In this document: positions 20,843-31,500 of the stretch, piece by piece
Numbering within the stretch: position 1 is the stretch's first letter
Layout of the letters: every line of letters begins with the position of its first letter
NCBI GenBank assembly: GCA_964291415.2
Contig: OZ219917.1
Span: 1,120,001-1,184,000, forward strand
Length of the DNA: 64,000 nt
Source: Alphaproteobacteria bacterium
GTDB lineage: Bacteria > Pseudomonadota > Alphaproteobacteria > SP197
Direction: 5' to 3'
Notes under the pieces: model-generated
Database searches by the model: none
Told to the model about the DNA's origin: nothing
What the model saw: only the letters and a program-made list of their open reading frames with translations
Position numbers and translations under genes: made by a program

Positions 20843-21693
20843 GGGCAGCCGTTCTCGCTTTCCCGGTCGTCCTTTCTCTTCTTGCCTGCGGAGCCGCGGC
20901 GGCCGGCGAGTCGGCCACGAAGGCCGCGGCCGATTCGCTGGCACGTCTCCATGGCTGGGCCGGTTCCTGGCTGGAAGCGGGCCGATTCAGCCTCCTGACG
21001 TACAGACCCTTCGTGTGGCGCGGCACGGGTGATCTGACGGTCTACATCGAGGGAGACGGCCGGTCCTGGATCTCGCGCACGGAACTGGCAGCCGATCCCA
21101 CGCCCCGCACCGGGCGTGTTCTCAAACTGGCGGTGAGGGATCCCGGCGATGCGGCCTATCTGGCGCGGCCCTGCCACTACCTCGACGCCGCACAAATCGC
21201 GGGTTGCCATCAACGCTACTGGTCCCTGGCGCGCTACGGGGAGGATGTCGTCGAAGCCATCGATGCTGCCCTCGATACCCTCAAGCGCCGGGCCGGCGCC
21301 GACAGGCTTCGCCTGGTCGGGTACTCGGGAGGCGCCCAGCTGGCCATTCTTGTCGCGGCCCGACGAAACGACGTCACCGGCATCATCACCATTGGCGGCA
21401 ATCTCGATCACAGGCGATGGACGGTCTCGCAGGGCGTGTCCGCACTCACCGGTTCCCTCAACGCGGCCGACGTGGCGGACGTGGTCCGGGACATTCCCCA
21501 GGTTCACTTTCTCGGAGAGCTCGACACGACCGTGGGGCGGGAGGTCATCGACAGCTACCTTGCCCGCATGCCGGTGATGTCGCAAAGCCGGGTTATCGTC
21601 GTGCCCGGCTACGATCACGGGTGCTGCTGGGCCGACAACTGGCCGGGCCTCCTTGCCGTCGCCACGAAGCTGCTGGGCGCCCCGGGGAAATGA
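20839..21693 (+). CDS. Exported alpha/beta hydrolase
   Basis: Signal peptide, VYIEGDG, YLARPC, GYSGG nucleophile elbow. Confidence 0.8.
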   Translation: MRAAVLAFPVVLSLLACGAAAAGESATKAAADSLARLHGWAGSWLEAGRFSLLTYRPFVWRGTGDLTVYIEGDGRSWISRTELAADPTPRTGRVLKLAVRDPGDAAYLARPCHYLDAAQIAGCHQRYWSLARYGEDVVEAIDAALDTLKRRAGADRLRLVGYSGGAQLAILVAARRNDVTGIITIGGNLDHRRWTVSQGVSALTGSLNAADVADVVRDIPQVHFLGELDTTVGREVIDSYLARMPVMSQSRVIVVPGYDHGCCWADNWPGLLAVATKLLGAPGK

Positions 21694-21713
21694 CGCGTCT
21701 CCGGAACTCCGCT

Positions 21714-22493
21714 TCAGTTCGGCCGGGGTTCCCGGATGAAGACGAAGGTCGACGCAGTCGATGAACCGGGATCGAAGCGGTAGCCGTCGGCATCGAAGGA
21801 CTTGAGATCCTCGATGCTGTCGATCCGGTTGCGGATGACGTGGCGCGCTATCATGCCTCGCGCCACCTTGGCGGTGAATCCCAGGGTCCGCGCCACGCCC
21901 TTTCTCATCTCCTTGAACACCGGCGTGATGACGGGAGCCTTCAACCGGTCCGCAGGGATGGCGCCGAAGTACTCCTTCGACGCCGCATTGAGGACAACGG
22001 GCGACTCCATGTGCTTGAGATCCCGATTGAGGGCGCGGGCAATCCTGTCGCCCCAGAAATCGTAGAGACTGTGACCCCGGGGCGTGTTGAGCCGTGTTCC
22101 CATTTCCAGGCGATAGGGCTGGATGAGATCCAGCGGCCGCAGCAAGCCGTAGAGGCCGGAAATGATGCGCAGATGCGTCTGCGCGTGGTCGAGATCGTCG
22201 GCTGACAGGCTGGTGGCGTCGAGTCCGCGGTAGGTGTCGCCGGCGAAGGCGAGGACAGCCTGTTTCGCATTATCCGGCGTGTGTTCGAGGCGGAACGCGC
22301 GAAAGCGGTCACGGTTGAGATCGGCGAGTTTCTCCGAGAGTCCCATGAGGCCCGCAAGATCGACGGCACTGAGTGTGCGCGCGGTCTTCATCAGTTCGCG
22401 GGTCTGGGCCATCAGCAGCGGCCTGGTCCAGGCGATCCCGGGATCAGGGTCTTCGAAGTTGAGGGCCTTGGCAGGCGACACGACGACGAGCAT
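21714..22493 (-). CDS. yaaA: Peroxide stress protein YaaA
   Basis: SPAK, F.GDTY.GL, SGLYGLLRPLD.IQPYRLEMG, AK.ARG. Confidence 0.93.
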   Translation of the reverse strand: MLVVVSPAKALNFEDPDPGIAWTRPLLMAQTRELMKTARTLSAVDLAGLMGLSEKLADLNRDRFRAFRLEHTPDNAKQAVLAFAGDTYRGLDATSLSADDLDHAQTHLRIISGLYGLLRPLDLIQPYRLEMGTRLNTPRGHSLYDFWGDRIARALNRDLKHMESPVVLNAASKEYFGAIPADRLKAPVITPVFKEMRKGVARTLGFTAKVARGMIARHVIRNRIDSIEDLKSFDADGYRFDPGSSTASTFVFIREPRPN

Positions 22494-22556
22494 CTTCTTC
22501 CTCCCTTGAACCTTGTCCTTGTTTAGTCCGGCTCGAGGCTGGCGGCAAATGCCGCT

Positions 22557-23339
22557 TCAGCGACCCTTCCACACGGGCGGACGCTTTTCGATGAAGGCAC
22601 GGGCTCCTTCCTTGGCATCCTCTGATTCCAGAACCCGGGAAATCATGGTGAAACGGCCCTCAGAGTCGAGTCGCGCCGCTTCCCGGGGCGGCAGATCGCC
22701 GGCCATGTTGACCATCTGCTTTTCCGCGCGCACCGACAGCGGAGCAGCGGCGGCGATGTCCCGGGCGATGTCCCTGGCCGCATCCATGACCTCGCCCTCC
22801 GGGGTCAGCCGGCTCACCAGGCGCAGGTCGAAGGCTTCCTGGGCGTCCATCCGCCGGCCGGTGTAGAGCATCTCGAGGGCGACGCTGCGCGGCAGCCTGG
22901 AGAGCAGGCGCGGCACACTCGCCGCGCCGGTGGTCAGCCCGACATTGACCTCCGAGAGGAAGAAGACGGCATTCCGGGACGCCACGAGAATGTCACCGGC
23001 CAGGGCAAGTTCGAATCCGCCGGCCACGCAGTAGCCGTTGACGGCCATGATGACGGGCTTCTCGAGATCGAAATTGCGTGACAGCCCTCCGAAACCCCAG
23101 CGCCCGTAACTCCGGTCGGGCTCGTCCTCGGCGCCCTCGTTGAGGTCCCAGCCGGTGCAGAAGAACCGGTCACCCGCACCGGTCAGGATGGCGACGCGCA
23201 GGCCCGGGTCCTCGTGGAACCGCTCGAAGGCATCGTTCATGTCGCGGCTGGTCGCCGCCCCGATGGCGTTGGCCTTCGGGTTGTCGAGGGTGATCTCCAG
23301 GATGTGACCGTCGGTCCGCGTGCGAACGCTCCTTGTCAT
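22557..23339 (-). CDS. Enoyl-CoA hydratase/crotonase (carnitinyl-CoA dehydratase-like)
   Basis: PKANAI, FFCTGWDL, KPVIMAVNG...GGFELAL, EGARAFIEKRPPVWKGR. Confidence 0.88.
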   Translation of the reverse strand: MTRSVRTRTDGHILEITLDNPKANAIGAATSRDMNDAFERFHEDPGLRVAILTGAGDRFFCTGWDLNEGAEDEPDRSYGRWGFGGLSRNFDLEKPVIMAVNGYCVAGGFELALAGDILVASRNAVFFLSEVNVGLTTGAASVPRLLSRLPRSVALEMLYTGRRMDAQEAFDLRLVSRLTPEGEVMDAARDIARDIAAAAPLSVRAEKQMVNMAGDLPPREAARLDSEGRFTMISRVLESEDAKEGARAFIEKRPPVWKGR

Positions 23340-24331
23340 GATGCCCTCCCATCTTGCCGGTCCGCAGAACCTAGTCCTTTGGCGGAGTTGACGACAGGCC
23401 CTCGTTTCTGGACCTGGGCCTCGCGCCACAACACGTAGAGGCCGCTCATGACCAGGACGGCGGCGCCGATGACCACGGTCCAGTCGGGCAGATCGCCCCA
23501 GATGAGATAGCCGAACACGACGGCCCAGATCATGGCCGTGTAGTCGAAGGGCGCCAGGACCTGGGGTGGAGCCAGGGCACAGGCCCGGACCGCTGTAAGC
23601 TGGGCGATCATGACCGTGACCCCGCACGCGACCATCAGGAAAAGGGCCTCGCCCGAGGGCACGATCCACTCGAATGGAGCGAACACGGGCATGGAAAGCA
23701 CATAGATGCCGTTCAGCAGGAAGACCGTGGTGGTCGCATCTTCGGTCCGGCTCACGATCCTCGTGACGATGATGGCAAGGGCATAGGCGAGGGCCGAGCA
23801 GAGCGCCCACAGCGCCGCGATCTGGAAAATGCCCGTGGACGGATTGACGATGACGAGGACTCCGCACAGTCCGATGCCGACCGCGGCCCAGCGGCGCGGG
23901 CCGACCCGCTCTCCGAGGAGCGGCACGCTGAGTGCCGTCATCAGCAGGGGCGAGGCAAAGGCGACCGCCGTGGCGTCGGGAAGCGAGATGTGGCGTACCG
24001 CCTCGATGAAGCAGCTGAGCGCGGCGAAGAAGCAGAGGAATCTCAGGACATGCATGCGCCAGCGCCGGGTCCTGAACGGAGTGCCGAGGCCCGGACCGCG
24101 CAACAGCAGGAGCGTGGTGCCGGCCACCACGACCACCGAGCGCATGAACAGGATCTGCGAGAAATGGTAGTCCGTGGAGAGCCACTTCAGGGCAGCCATC
24201 TGCCCCATGAAGAGGATGGTGGCGAACAGCCACAGACCGATCGCGGTGACGGGCGCGTTCCGGTAACCGCCGCCCGGGTCTGTCGTTCCGTCGCCGGGGG
24301 AACGGTGCCTCATGTGTCTGGATGACCCCAT
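23336..24331 (-). CDS. DMT/EamA family transporter
   Basis: About ten hydrophobic segments, LGERVG..RW, LAPFDY. Confidence 0.88.
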   Translation of the reverse strand: MGSSRHMRHRSPGDGTTDPGGGYRNAPVTAIGLWLFATILFMGQMAALKWLSTDYHFSQILFMRSVVVVAGTTLLLLRGPGLGTPFRTRRWRMHVLRFLCFFAALSCFIEAVRHISLPDATAVAFASPLLMTALSVPLLGERVGPRRWAAVGIGLCGVLVIVNPSTGIFQIAALWALCSALAYALAIIVTRIVSRTEDATTTVFLLNGIYVLSMPVFAPFEWIVPSGEALFLMVACGVTVMIAQLTAVRACALAPPQVLAPFDYTAMIWAVVFGYLIWGDLPDWTVVIGAAVLVMSGLYVLWREAQVQKRGPVVNSAKGLGSADRQDGRAS

Positions 24332-24408
24332 GGCCCGAGGTTGAGAATACGGATGTTGTCATGCCGCCGGCAAGCGTTGCCGGAATCGCGCGGAATCCCG
24401 TGATTCAG

Positions 24409-26118
24409 TCAGGCGAGCGGACCTTCTCCGAAGGCAGTGATGGGCGGGAAGGCCTCGGGTTCGGTGAGAACATCGATCACTGTGGTCACCCGGTCTGTCA
24501 GGGCGAAGGCTTCGGCCAGGGCCGGTGCGTAGTCCGCAGGGTCGGTGATGCGCACGCCCCGGCAACCGGTGGCGTCGGCAATGGCCGCGTGATCGACGCT
24601 GGTGAAGGCGACGGCGTCGGTGTGGGCGTTGTAGCGATGAAGCTCGGCGTGCTTCTGGTAGCCGAGGGTTTCGTTGTTGAGCACGGTGACGACGACATGG
24701 GCGCCAAGCCGTCTCGCCGTTTCGAGTTCGGCCCAGACGTGGGCGAAACCGCCGTCGCCAACGAGGGCGAACACCGGTGCCGAGGGCCTGGCCAGCCTGG
24801 CGCCGATCGCCATGGGCAGGCCCCAGCCCAGCCCGGCCATGCCCCGCGGCGTGAGGAAGCGCTGGCCGGGCCGCCGGCTGGCAAGGTTGTTGCACAGCCA
24901 GATCGAGGCGTAGCTCGCATCCGCCACCAGGATGTGGTCCTCCGACAACTGCCGGTCGAGTTCGGCCATCAGGCGTTCGGGCCTCACTGGCCGTGCCGCC
25001 GAGGCGGCAAGAGGAGTGGTCTCCTCGCGATGACTGTGTCGCGCTTCGGCGATTCGGGCTTCAAGGGCAGGCCGGCAGCGGGCCCTCGGGGCGAGATCGC
25101 CGGCGAGCAGGTCAGCTGAGAGGGCGGCGAGCGTCTCGCGGGCATCGCCGACGAGACGCACCGCCTCATAGGTGCGGCCGATTTCCTGGGGATCGATGTC
25201 GATGTGAATGAGCGTCGTGTCCGGCGACAGCAGCTGCCAGGAATCCGTGCCGTTCTGGTTGGTGCGGTTGCCGACGGCCACGACGACATCCGCCTCGCTG
25301 ATCAGCGGGGCGAGCCGATGTGTGGCGGAACCCTTGCCCATGTAGTACCCGACCACACCGATCGTGAGGGGGTGCGCGTCATCCACCGCCCCCTTTCCCA
25401 TGGTCGTGGTGGCCACCGGAAGATGGGCCTTCTCCTGAAGCGTGGCGAGGATGTCGGCGGCGCCGGAAAGATGCACGCCGCCCCCGGCCCAGACGACCGG
25501 CCTCTCGGCGCCGGCGATCAGACGCGCCGCCCGGGCGATTGCGTCCCGGTTGGCGACGGGCCTGTCGAGGGGTACCTGGCCCAGAGATTGCCGGCGACCG
25601 GAACTTGCCGCCTTGGGCGCTTCCATGACATTGACCGGCGCCAGGAGAACGGCCGGGCCGGGACGTCCGCCGGCAGCCTGCCGGAAGGCCATGTCGACGT
25701 AGTCGTCGATGCGCCGGGTGTCCTCGATCCTGCGCACCCACTTGGCGCAGCCCTTGAACAGTTCGGGATGATCGAGTTCCTGGAAGGCATTGCGGTCCCG
25801 CCACAAGGGGGGAGTGTCCTGGACCAGGGCCACCACCGGAGAGGATGCCGTCAATGCCTCGGCCAGCCCGGCCACCAGCAGTGTCGCCGCCGGTCCGTTC
25901 TGAGCGGCGACGACACCGACCTTGCGGGAAATCCGGGCGTAGGCATCGGCCATCACGGCACCGGCGTTCTCGGTGCGATAGGTCATCTGGCGGATGCCGA
26001 ACTCCGGGGTCGCCAGGAAGAATGCCGAGGGAATCGACTGGCCGAAGATGGTGTCGACCCCGTGGCGGGCGAAGGCGGCGGCGAAGACCCTGGAAGCGGA
26101 GAGATTGCTGTCGGTCAT
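24409..26118 (-). CDS. ThDP-dependent enzyme, acetolactate synthase-like
   Basis: FGQS, YRTENAG, QNGPAAT, GDGG...NN ThDP-binding motif. Confidence 0.9.
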   Translation of the reverse strand: MTDSNLSASRVFAAAFARHGVDTIFGQSIPSAFFLATPEFGIRQMTYRTENAGAVMADAYARISRKVGVVAAQNGPAATLLVAGLAEALTASSPVVALVQDTPPLWRDRNAFQELDHPELFKGCAKWVRRIEDTRRIDDYVDMAFRQAAGGRPGPAVLLAPVNVMEAPKAASSGRRQSLGQVPLDRPVANRDAIARAARLIAGAERPVVWAGGGVHLSGAADILATLQEKAHLPVATTTMGKGAVDDAHPLTIGVVGYYMGKGSATHRLAPLISEADVVVAVGNRTNQNGTDSWQLLSPDTTLIHIDIDPQEIGRTYEAVRLVGDARETLAALSADLLAGDLAPRARCRPALEARIAEARHSHREETTPLAASAARPVRPERLMAELDRQLSEDHILVADASYASIWLCNNLASRRPGQRFLTPRGMAGLGWGLPMAIGARLARPSAPVFALVGDGGFAHVWAELETARRLGAHVVVTVLNNETLGYQKHAELHRYNAHTDAVAFTSVDHAAIADATGCRGVRITDPADYAPALAEAFALTDRVTTVIDVLTEPEAFPPITAFGEGPLA

Positions 26119-27020
26119 GGCGGCAGATGGAGCACACCCTCGACGGTCCTGGTGGCCACGCCACCGACCTCAAGACGTGTGACGGCATCGTCCTCGATGA
26201 CGGCGCGCGAGACAATCCTGCTTGTCCGGCCGATCTCGACACCCTGTTCGGCCCTGACATCAACACGGGCGCTCGAGTCCGGCGATACGATGCGGTGGCG
26301 TACCAGGTAGCTGGCAAGGGCGGCGTTGGTGGTTCCCGCGGCAGCGGACTCGGCGACCCCGACGGCGGGGCAGAAGTCGCGGACGTGGAGCGTCGACGCC
26401 GGATCCAGGGTTTCAGTCGTGAAGAGTGCCACGGTCTCGATTCCGTGGTCGTGGCACAGGGCCACGAGTCCCGGAAAATCGGGACGGACACGCTCCATGG
26501 CATCGAGACCGGGAAGCGGCACGACGAGATGCACGAAGTCGCCGCACACGGTTTCCAGGGGATGGTCCGGGGCGATGATGTCCGGCTCGAGACCAAGGAG
26601 ACCGGCGAGGCGATCCCGGTCGATATCGTCTTGGCGAAACGATGGCGGAGAGACCTCCAGCATGATCAGCGGCCTGCCGTCCGAAGCGGACGAGACGGTG
26701 ACGCGCGCCCGGGAGCGGGGAAGAAGCAGGTCCACCCTGGAGGGCACGGTGACGATTTCCTGTTCGACCAGGCGCGTCATGAGGGCGATGGTGCCATGAC
26801 CGCACATCGGGAGCTCCATGACGGTCGAGCGGAATCGCGCCTCGACGCGCTCCCTGCTTGCGGCAGCAACGAAACACACGGCGGGGTACCCGAGTTCGCC
26901 GGCGACACGTGCCATGGTGGCCTCGTCCAGGACACCGGCGCCGGAGACGACGGCCGCCTGGCTTCCCCCGAAGCAGGTGTCGCTGAAGGCGTCGTAAAGG
27001 GCAAGGGGAAGGGACGTCAT
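26115..27020 (-). CDS. PhzF family isomerase
   Basis: YDAF....GG, ELPMCGHGT, ESAAAGTTN, EQG.EIGR. Confidence 0.88.
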   Translation of the reverse strand: MTSLPLALYDAFSDTCFGGSQAAVVSGAGVLDEATMARVAGELGYPAVCFVAAASRERVEARFRSTVMELPMCGHGTIALMTRLVEQEIVTVPSRVDLLLPRSRARVTVSSASDGRPLIMLEVSPPSFRQDDIDRDRLAGLLGLEPDIIAPDHPLETVCGDFVHLVVPLPGLDAMERVRPDFPGLVALCHDHGIETVALFTTETLDPASTLHVRDFCPAVGVAESAAAGTTNAALASYLVRHRIVSPDSSARVDVRAEQGVEIGRTSRIVSRAVIEDDAVTRLEVGGVATRTVEGVLHLPP

Positions 27021-27042
27021 CGAGGGCTGCGGAATCGGGTTT

Positions 27043-27056
27043 CCTCTTGTGTAGCA
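27043..27056 (+). repeat. Left att core CCTCTTGTGTAGCA
   Basis: Exact match to 61532-61545. Confidence 0.75.
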
Positions 27057-27459
27057 AACCGAAATGACCTATTTTGCCTAGGACATTCACTCAACGGCAT
27101 TGCATGGTCTCTCTTTTCATCGTTATCTAACAACTAGTTGTGCGCTTGTCAAACCATGCAAACGTTGGAAGAACGTCCATGCAACAGCCATATTGGCACG
27201 ACGGATTGTGGCATCCGGGGATTTGGTCGCCTCAGCGATGGAAAAAGGGAATGGCATGACAAGGAATTTTTGGCTCTAGCCGGTAGCATACAGGGCACGA
27301 GTGAACTGTCAAGGAGCTTGTGGAAAGTCGCCCTGCCCGGCCTGGTCTCATTGGTGATTCATATGGGTTTATCCCTCTCATTTTTCCGATTTTCGGCCCG
27401 TTGCATGGACTCTGAGGGGTTGTTTCGCACTCCATGCACTCACGATACGGGAGGTTCCC

Positions 27460-27789
27460 ATGGCTGGAAGATCGACAGGCGAGAAGCGCAGGGCTCGTTG
27501 CGTGATGGCAACCGACAGCGAATGGCAACGCATCCGGGAGGCCGCCGCCGCAGCCGGCCTGTCGATCTCGGACTATGTCTTGTGGGTTCTCCTGACCGTG
27601 CCATCTCGTCCGCCGGACGATACCGGTACGGCCCTGCCGACCCGGGTACAGCGGAGGGTGGCGCGCGCCGTGCTGGTCCTGGAGTGCATCGAGAGGCTGC
27701 GTCTCGACAAGGCCGACATGGGCGCGGCATGGCAAGAGATCGTCAGCGAGGTCGATGAGTGGCTCGAAGGCGAGACGGTGCTGGGTTGA
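27460..27789 (+). CDS. RHH/MobC-like small protein 1
   Basis: CVMATDSEWQRIREAAAAAGLSISDYV; RBS GGAGG. Confidence 0.65.
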   Translation: MAGRSTGEKRRARCVMATDSEWQRIREAAAAAGLSISDYVLWVLLTVPSRPPDDTGTALPTRVQRRVARAVLVLECIERLRLDKADMGAAWQEIVSEVDEWLEGETVLG

Positions 27790-27802
27790 CCGGGATGACG
27801 CC

Positions 27803-28135
27803 ATGAAGCGCGCGCGTCGACATTGCATCTACTGCGCGCCCGAGAAATGGCGGACGATCGGCAGACGAGCTCGCAAGGCGAACATGCCGGTCTCGCGTTT
27901 CGGCGTGCTGTGCTGCCTCAAGGCCGACGAGGAAGGAACGCCCGAGCCGGTTCAGCCGCCCGGCCATGCGCTGGCCATACCGCCCGACCAACAGCGCCGG
28001 CTCTACGCCGACATCGAGATCATCTGGCGCGCCGGACACATCATGCTGGACGAGTCGAAGACTGCCGGGATCGGCGTGTTGATGAGCGACGTTGTGCGCT
28101 TCCTGCGACTGACCGAACCGGAGGAAGCGGAATGA
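27803..28135 (+). CDS. RHH/MobC-like small protein 2
   Basis: HCIYCAPEKWRTIGRRARKANMPVSRF. Confidence 0.55.
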   Translation: MKRARRHCIYCAPEKWRTIGRRARKANMPVSRFGVLCCLKADEEGTPEPVQPPGHALAIPPDQQRRLYADIEIIWRAGHIMLDESKTAGIGVLMSDVVRFLRLTEPEEAE

Positions 28136-28569
28136 GGAAACCGCGCCGGCAACAGAAGGGCATGTCGCATTCGATCTCCTGCACGGACGACGAATGGGCG
28201 ATGATCGCCAGGGGCGCCGAACGGTCCGGCATGAGCCCTTCGGCATGGTTCACGCACTGCGCGCTGAACGTGAACCCGCTGTCGGAGAGAACGATTCCGC
28301 TGGTCCTTGACGAAAGGGAGCAGCGCAACGTGGCCAAGGCGGTCGAGCGCCTTGCCCGGGCGATTTCACGCAGTCCGCAGACGCTGTCCGGAATCGAGGA
28401 CGATGTCCGGCATCTCCTGCGGGAACGCGTTCGGGCGATGACGCGACAGGGCCGTTCCGCCGAAGCGCGTGCCAGGCTTCGGGAGATGTTTGGCGAAAAG
28501 CGCGCCAGGTGGATCGAGGACTGGGCGCGGAGGCCGGGCCGCGCCGAACAGGATCACATGGACCAGTGA
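28132..28569 (+). CDS. RHH/MobC-like small protein 3
   Basis: HSISCTDDEWAMIARGAERSGMSPSAWF; ATGA overlap with previous gene. Confidence 0.6.
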   Translation: MRKPRRQQKGMSHSISCTDDEWAMIARGAERSGMSPSAWFTHCALNVNPLSERTIPLVLDEREQRNVAKAVERLARAISRSPQTLSGIEDDVRHLLRERVRAMTRQGRSAEARARLREMFGEKRARWIEDWARRPGRAEQDHMDQ

Positions 28570-31500
28570 GGTCCCCGGCGGTTCAGGATGCACCGCCGTT
28601 CCCTGAGTTCGTCGGTCTGCTCGCGCATCGTGCGGGAGCGCTCGTTCTCGTCGGTCCAAAGCGCCCGATAGCAGCCGCGCCCGGAGAGTTGACGGCGCTC
28701 CATCTCCACCTCATGGACCTTCTCCCGTCCGTTGACGCGCCGCACCTCCAGGATGCAGAGATCCTCGGCGCGGGTCTTGCCCGCGACGATCCGGACAAGG
28801 ACGCCTTCACAGTGTCGTGGTCCGACGGGAACACCGGGATCGATGTCATCGTGGCCGGGAGTCCCGGTGGAAGGATCGGGCATCATGGTCCAGCGGAGCT
28901 GGTCGCCGGCAACGACATTCTGGTTGCAGGCGATGCGATGCGCGGCGTCAGGCACGGACCGCTCGCGCGCCGCCGCGGCATCGCGCAGCCTCTCGTCGCT
29001 CCAGGTGGCGCGGTGCACCTGATCGCGTGTCAGATCCCGGCATTCCACGCGTTCGACCCGTCCCTTCCGTGAGCCGTCGACATCCCGCTCCGTGCCGACG
29101 CGCTGGACGAGGAGTGTGTCCGTTGACCGTTGTCCGCCGCTGTCGCCCGGCCACACCACCACCAGTTCCCGCACGGACCCGTCTTGGGCCAGTCGGCGTC
29201 GGAGCCGGTCGCCGGTGACCAGCTGATCCTGTCCGCGCCAGGCGATCGCGAACGCACCGCCGGGCGGGCGGGCGTAGAGCCGGGCGGCTTCTTCGCGCAC
29301 CATGGCCGTGATGCGGTTCCGGTCATGGCCAGGGGCGGCGAGCCTCTCTGCCACGTCCGCGAGTCCGGTCTCGACACGCTCCCGCGAGGCGGGCTGAGAA
29401 AGGAGGTGCCGCGCGAAACGATCCAGGTCCAGCAGGTCCTGCGCCTTGCCATGCCACGTCGCGGCCTTCTTCTGCCATCGCGGCCAGTCGTCCAGCAGGG
29501 TGATCGGCACGTTGTCCTGACGGGCCCTCTCCGCGAGGGAGCGATGCTCGCGGTCAAGGACGTCCATCTCCCGCACCCGCTCCTCTATCCGGGCGCATTC
29601 GTGCGTGCACCTGGCGTGCTCCTCGAGGACCGACTTCAGCCGGCGTCGCGCCCCGGCGGGAAGCTCGCGGTCGCCGGCCAGCTCGCGCACGTCGTCAATG
29701 ACCGCGCCATAACCCTCCGCATGAAAGGTCAGGACGCCATCGCGCCGCGCCCGCCGGCGAAGTGCCTTCAGGTCCCTGTTCAATTCGAGGAACCGGTCGA
29801 ACGGCCTCATTCGTTCCAGTCGTTCCAGCGCCCGCGTTATTCGTCTGACGGCAGCGGGGTCATGATCGAGATGAGGACCGTAACGTTCGCTATCGAGCAG
29901 GGCGCGGCCCGTTGCGGCGAGTTCGCGCCCGTCGACGGCGAGCGGGCGGTAGCCGTCGAGGTCGGTGATGACGGTATCGCGGCCCCTGCGGGAGCGCTCC
30001 CGCGCTTCGGCGTCAAGGACGCGCCAGCGCCGGGCGTGTTCCCGCGCATCATCGAGGAACCGGTCGATGGCGTCGCGGCACGCCTGGCCTTGCGCATCGC
30101 TTGCCAGAACGCTGCGCGCCAGAAGGGCGGCGGCGTCGGGAAGGTCGTCGCGCAGCACAAGAACCCTCGCCTGCGTGACAAGGCCGTGCCAGCCCGCCAT
30201 GCCGAAGGGACTCCGCTCTTCGGCCCGCGCCCGCGCCTCGACCCTGCGGTGAGCCGCCACGAACCGTGCCCAGGCGGCATCGGTCGCGGCAAGCCGTTCG
30301 CAGCGCGCGAGGCGCTCGTTCACCTCGCCCGCGTTCCGGTCGAGATGGGGTTGCCACAGGTCGGGCCTGCGCAGCATCGCCCGCCATTGCCGGCGGGCCT
30401 TCAGCCAGCGGTCCCGCCATGCCGGATAGCCGCCCAGCTCCGCTGCCGGCCGCTCCGTGTCCTGAGCCGCTAGGTGGCGGTGGCCGTCGAGCAGCCTGAC
30501 GGCCTCCGCGGCCAGTGCCAGAACCCTGTCCTGGCGAGCCCGGGCTTCCGCGTCGCGGGCGATGACCTCGCGCGCGGAGGCGCGCGTGTGCGCGGGTACA
30601 TTCTTCAATGCCGCCAGCAAGCGTGCCTGCCGGACGAGTTCGTCATGACCGTCGACGTGGAACGCGATCGTGTTCCGGGCGGCGGCGCGTTCGTGGACTG
30701 CCCGGCGCAGCGCCTCGAACCGGGATGAGGCATCGTCACACTCCCGAGCCACCCGGAATGTCCCGAGACATGTCGTGATCACCCCGGAACTCGTCGACCG
30801 GGCGGCAAGGAAGGTCCGGGCGTCACGGTTGTCGTTCATGTCCTGCCAGGCGGCCTCGAGGCCTGAGACGGCCGCGATCCAGTCCGCGTAGCCGGCCGTC
30901 TCCACCACGGGGCAGGTCTCGCGGGCAGCCCGTTCGATCAGGGAACGGCGCACATGAAGAAGCCTGTTGGCCTCGCGGTGCAGAGCGTCGATGCGCCCGT
31001 CCATTCGGCGCCAGGCGCTGTCGGCGTCCACCAGGGCCGTCGCGCGTTGCCGGACTGCGGCAGGCAGCGCCGGATCCTTCAAGAGGGCCCGGGCGCTCTT
31101 CAGCAGCCGATCGTAGCCGGGAACATCGGGACGCGGCCGTTCGCCCGGGGCGTCCTCCACCGAGCGCCAGGAGGCATTGAAGGCGGCGATCGCGGCATCG
31201 CGCCGGCCAGCCGTCTCGATGTCGTGAAGACGGTTCCGGGCCGCCCCGTCTTCCCCGCCGTCCCGGCCGCCTGTCTCCTTCGGCGGCGGCCGGCCGTCGC
31301 CCGGGAGCGCGCCAGCGTTGTCGTCGTCTCGTCTCGCCGCCGACGCCGTCTCTGCTTGCGGGCGCCGCCGCATCGGCTTTTCCGGGAGAGAAACCCGGAG
31401 CGCATCGGGCGCGACGCCGATCGCCTCCAGCGCCGTTGCCCTCTCCCCGGTGTTCGCTTCCAGCGTCTCGATCAACTGTTCGCCGTTGTCGGTCAGCACC

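Noticed and set aside
23340-24362. 601-aa crotonase fusion
   Set aside because: Upstream part is an alternate frame of the DMT gene
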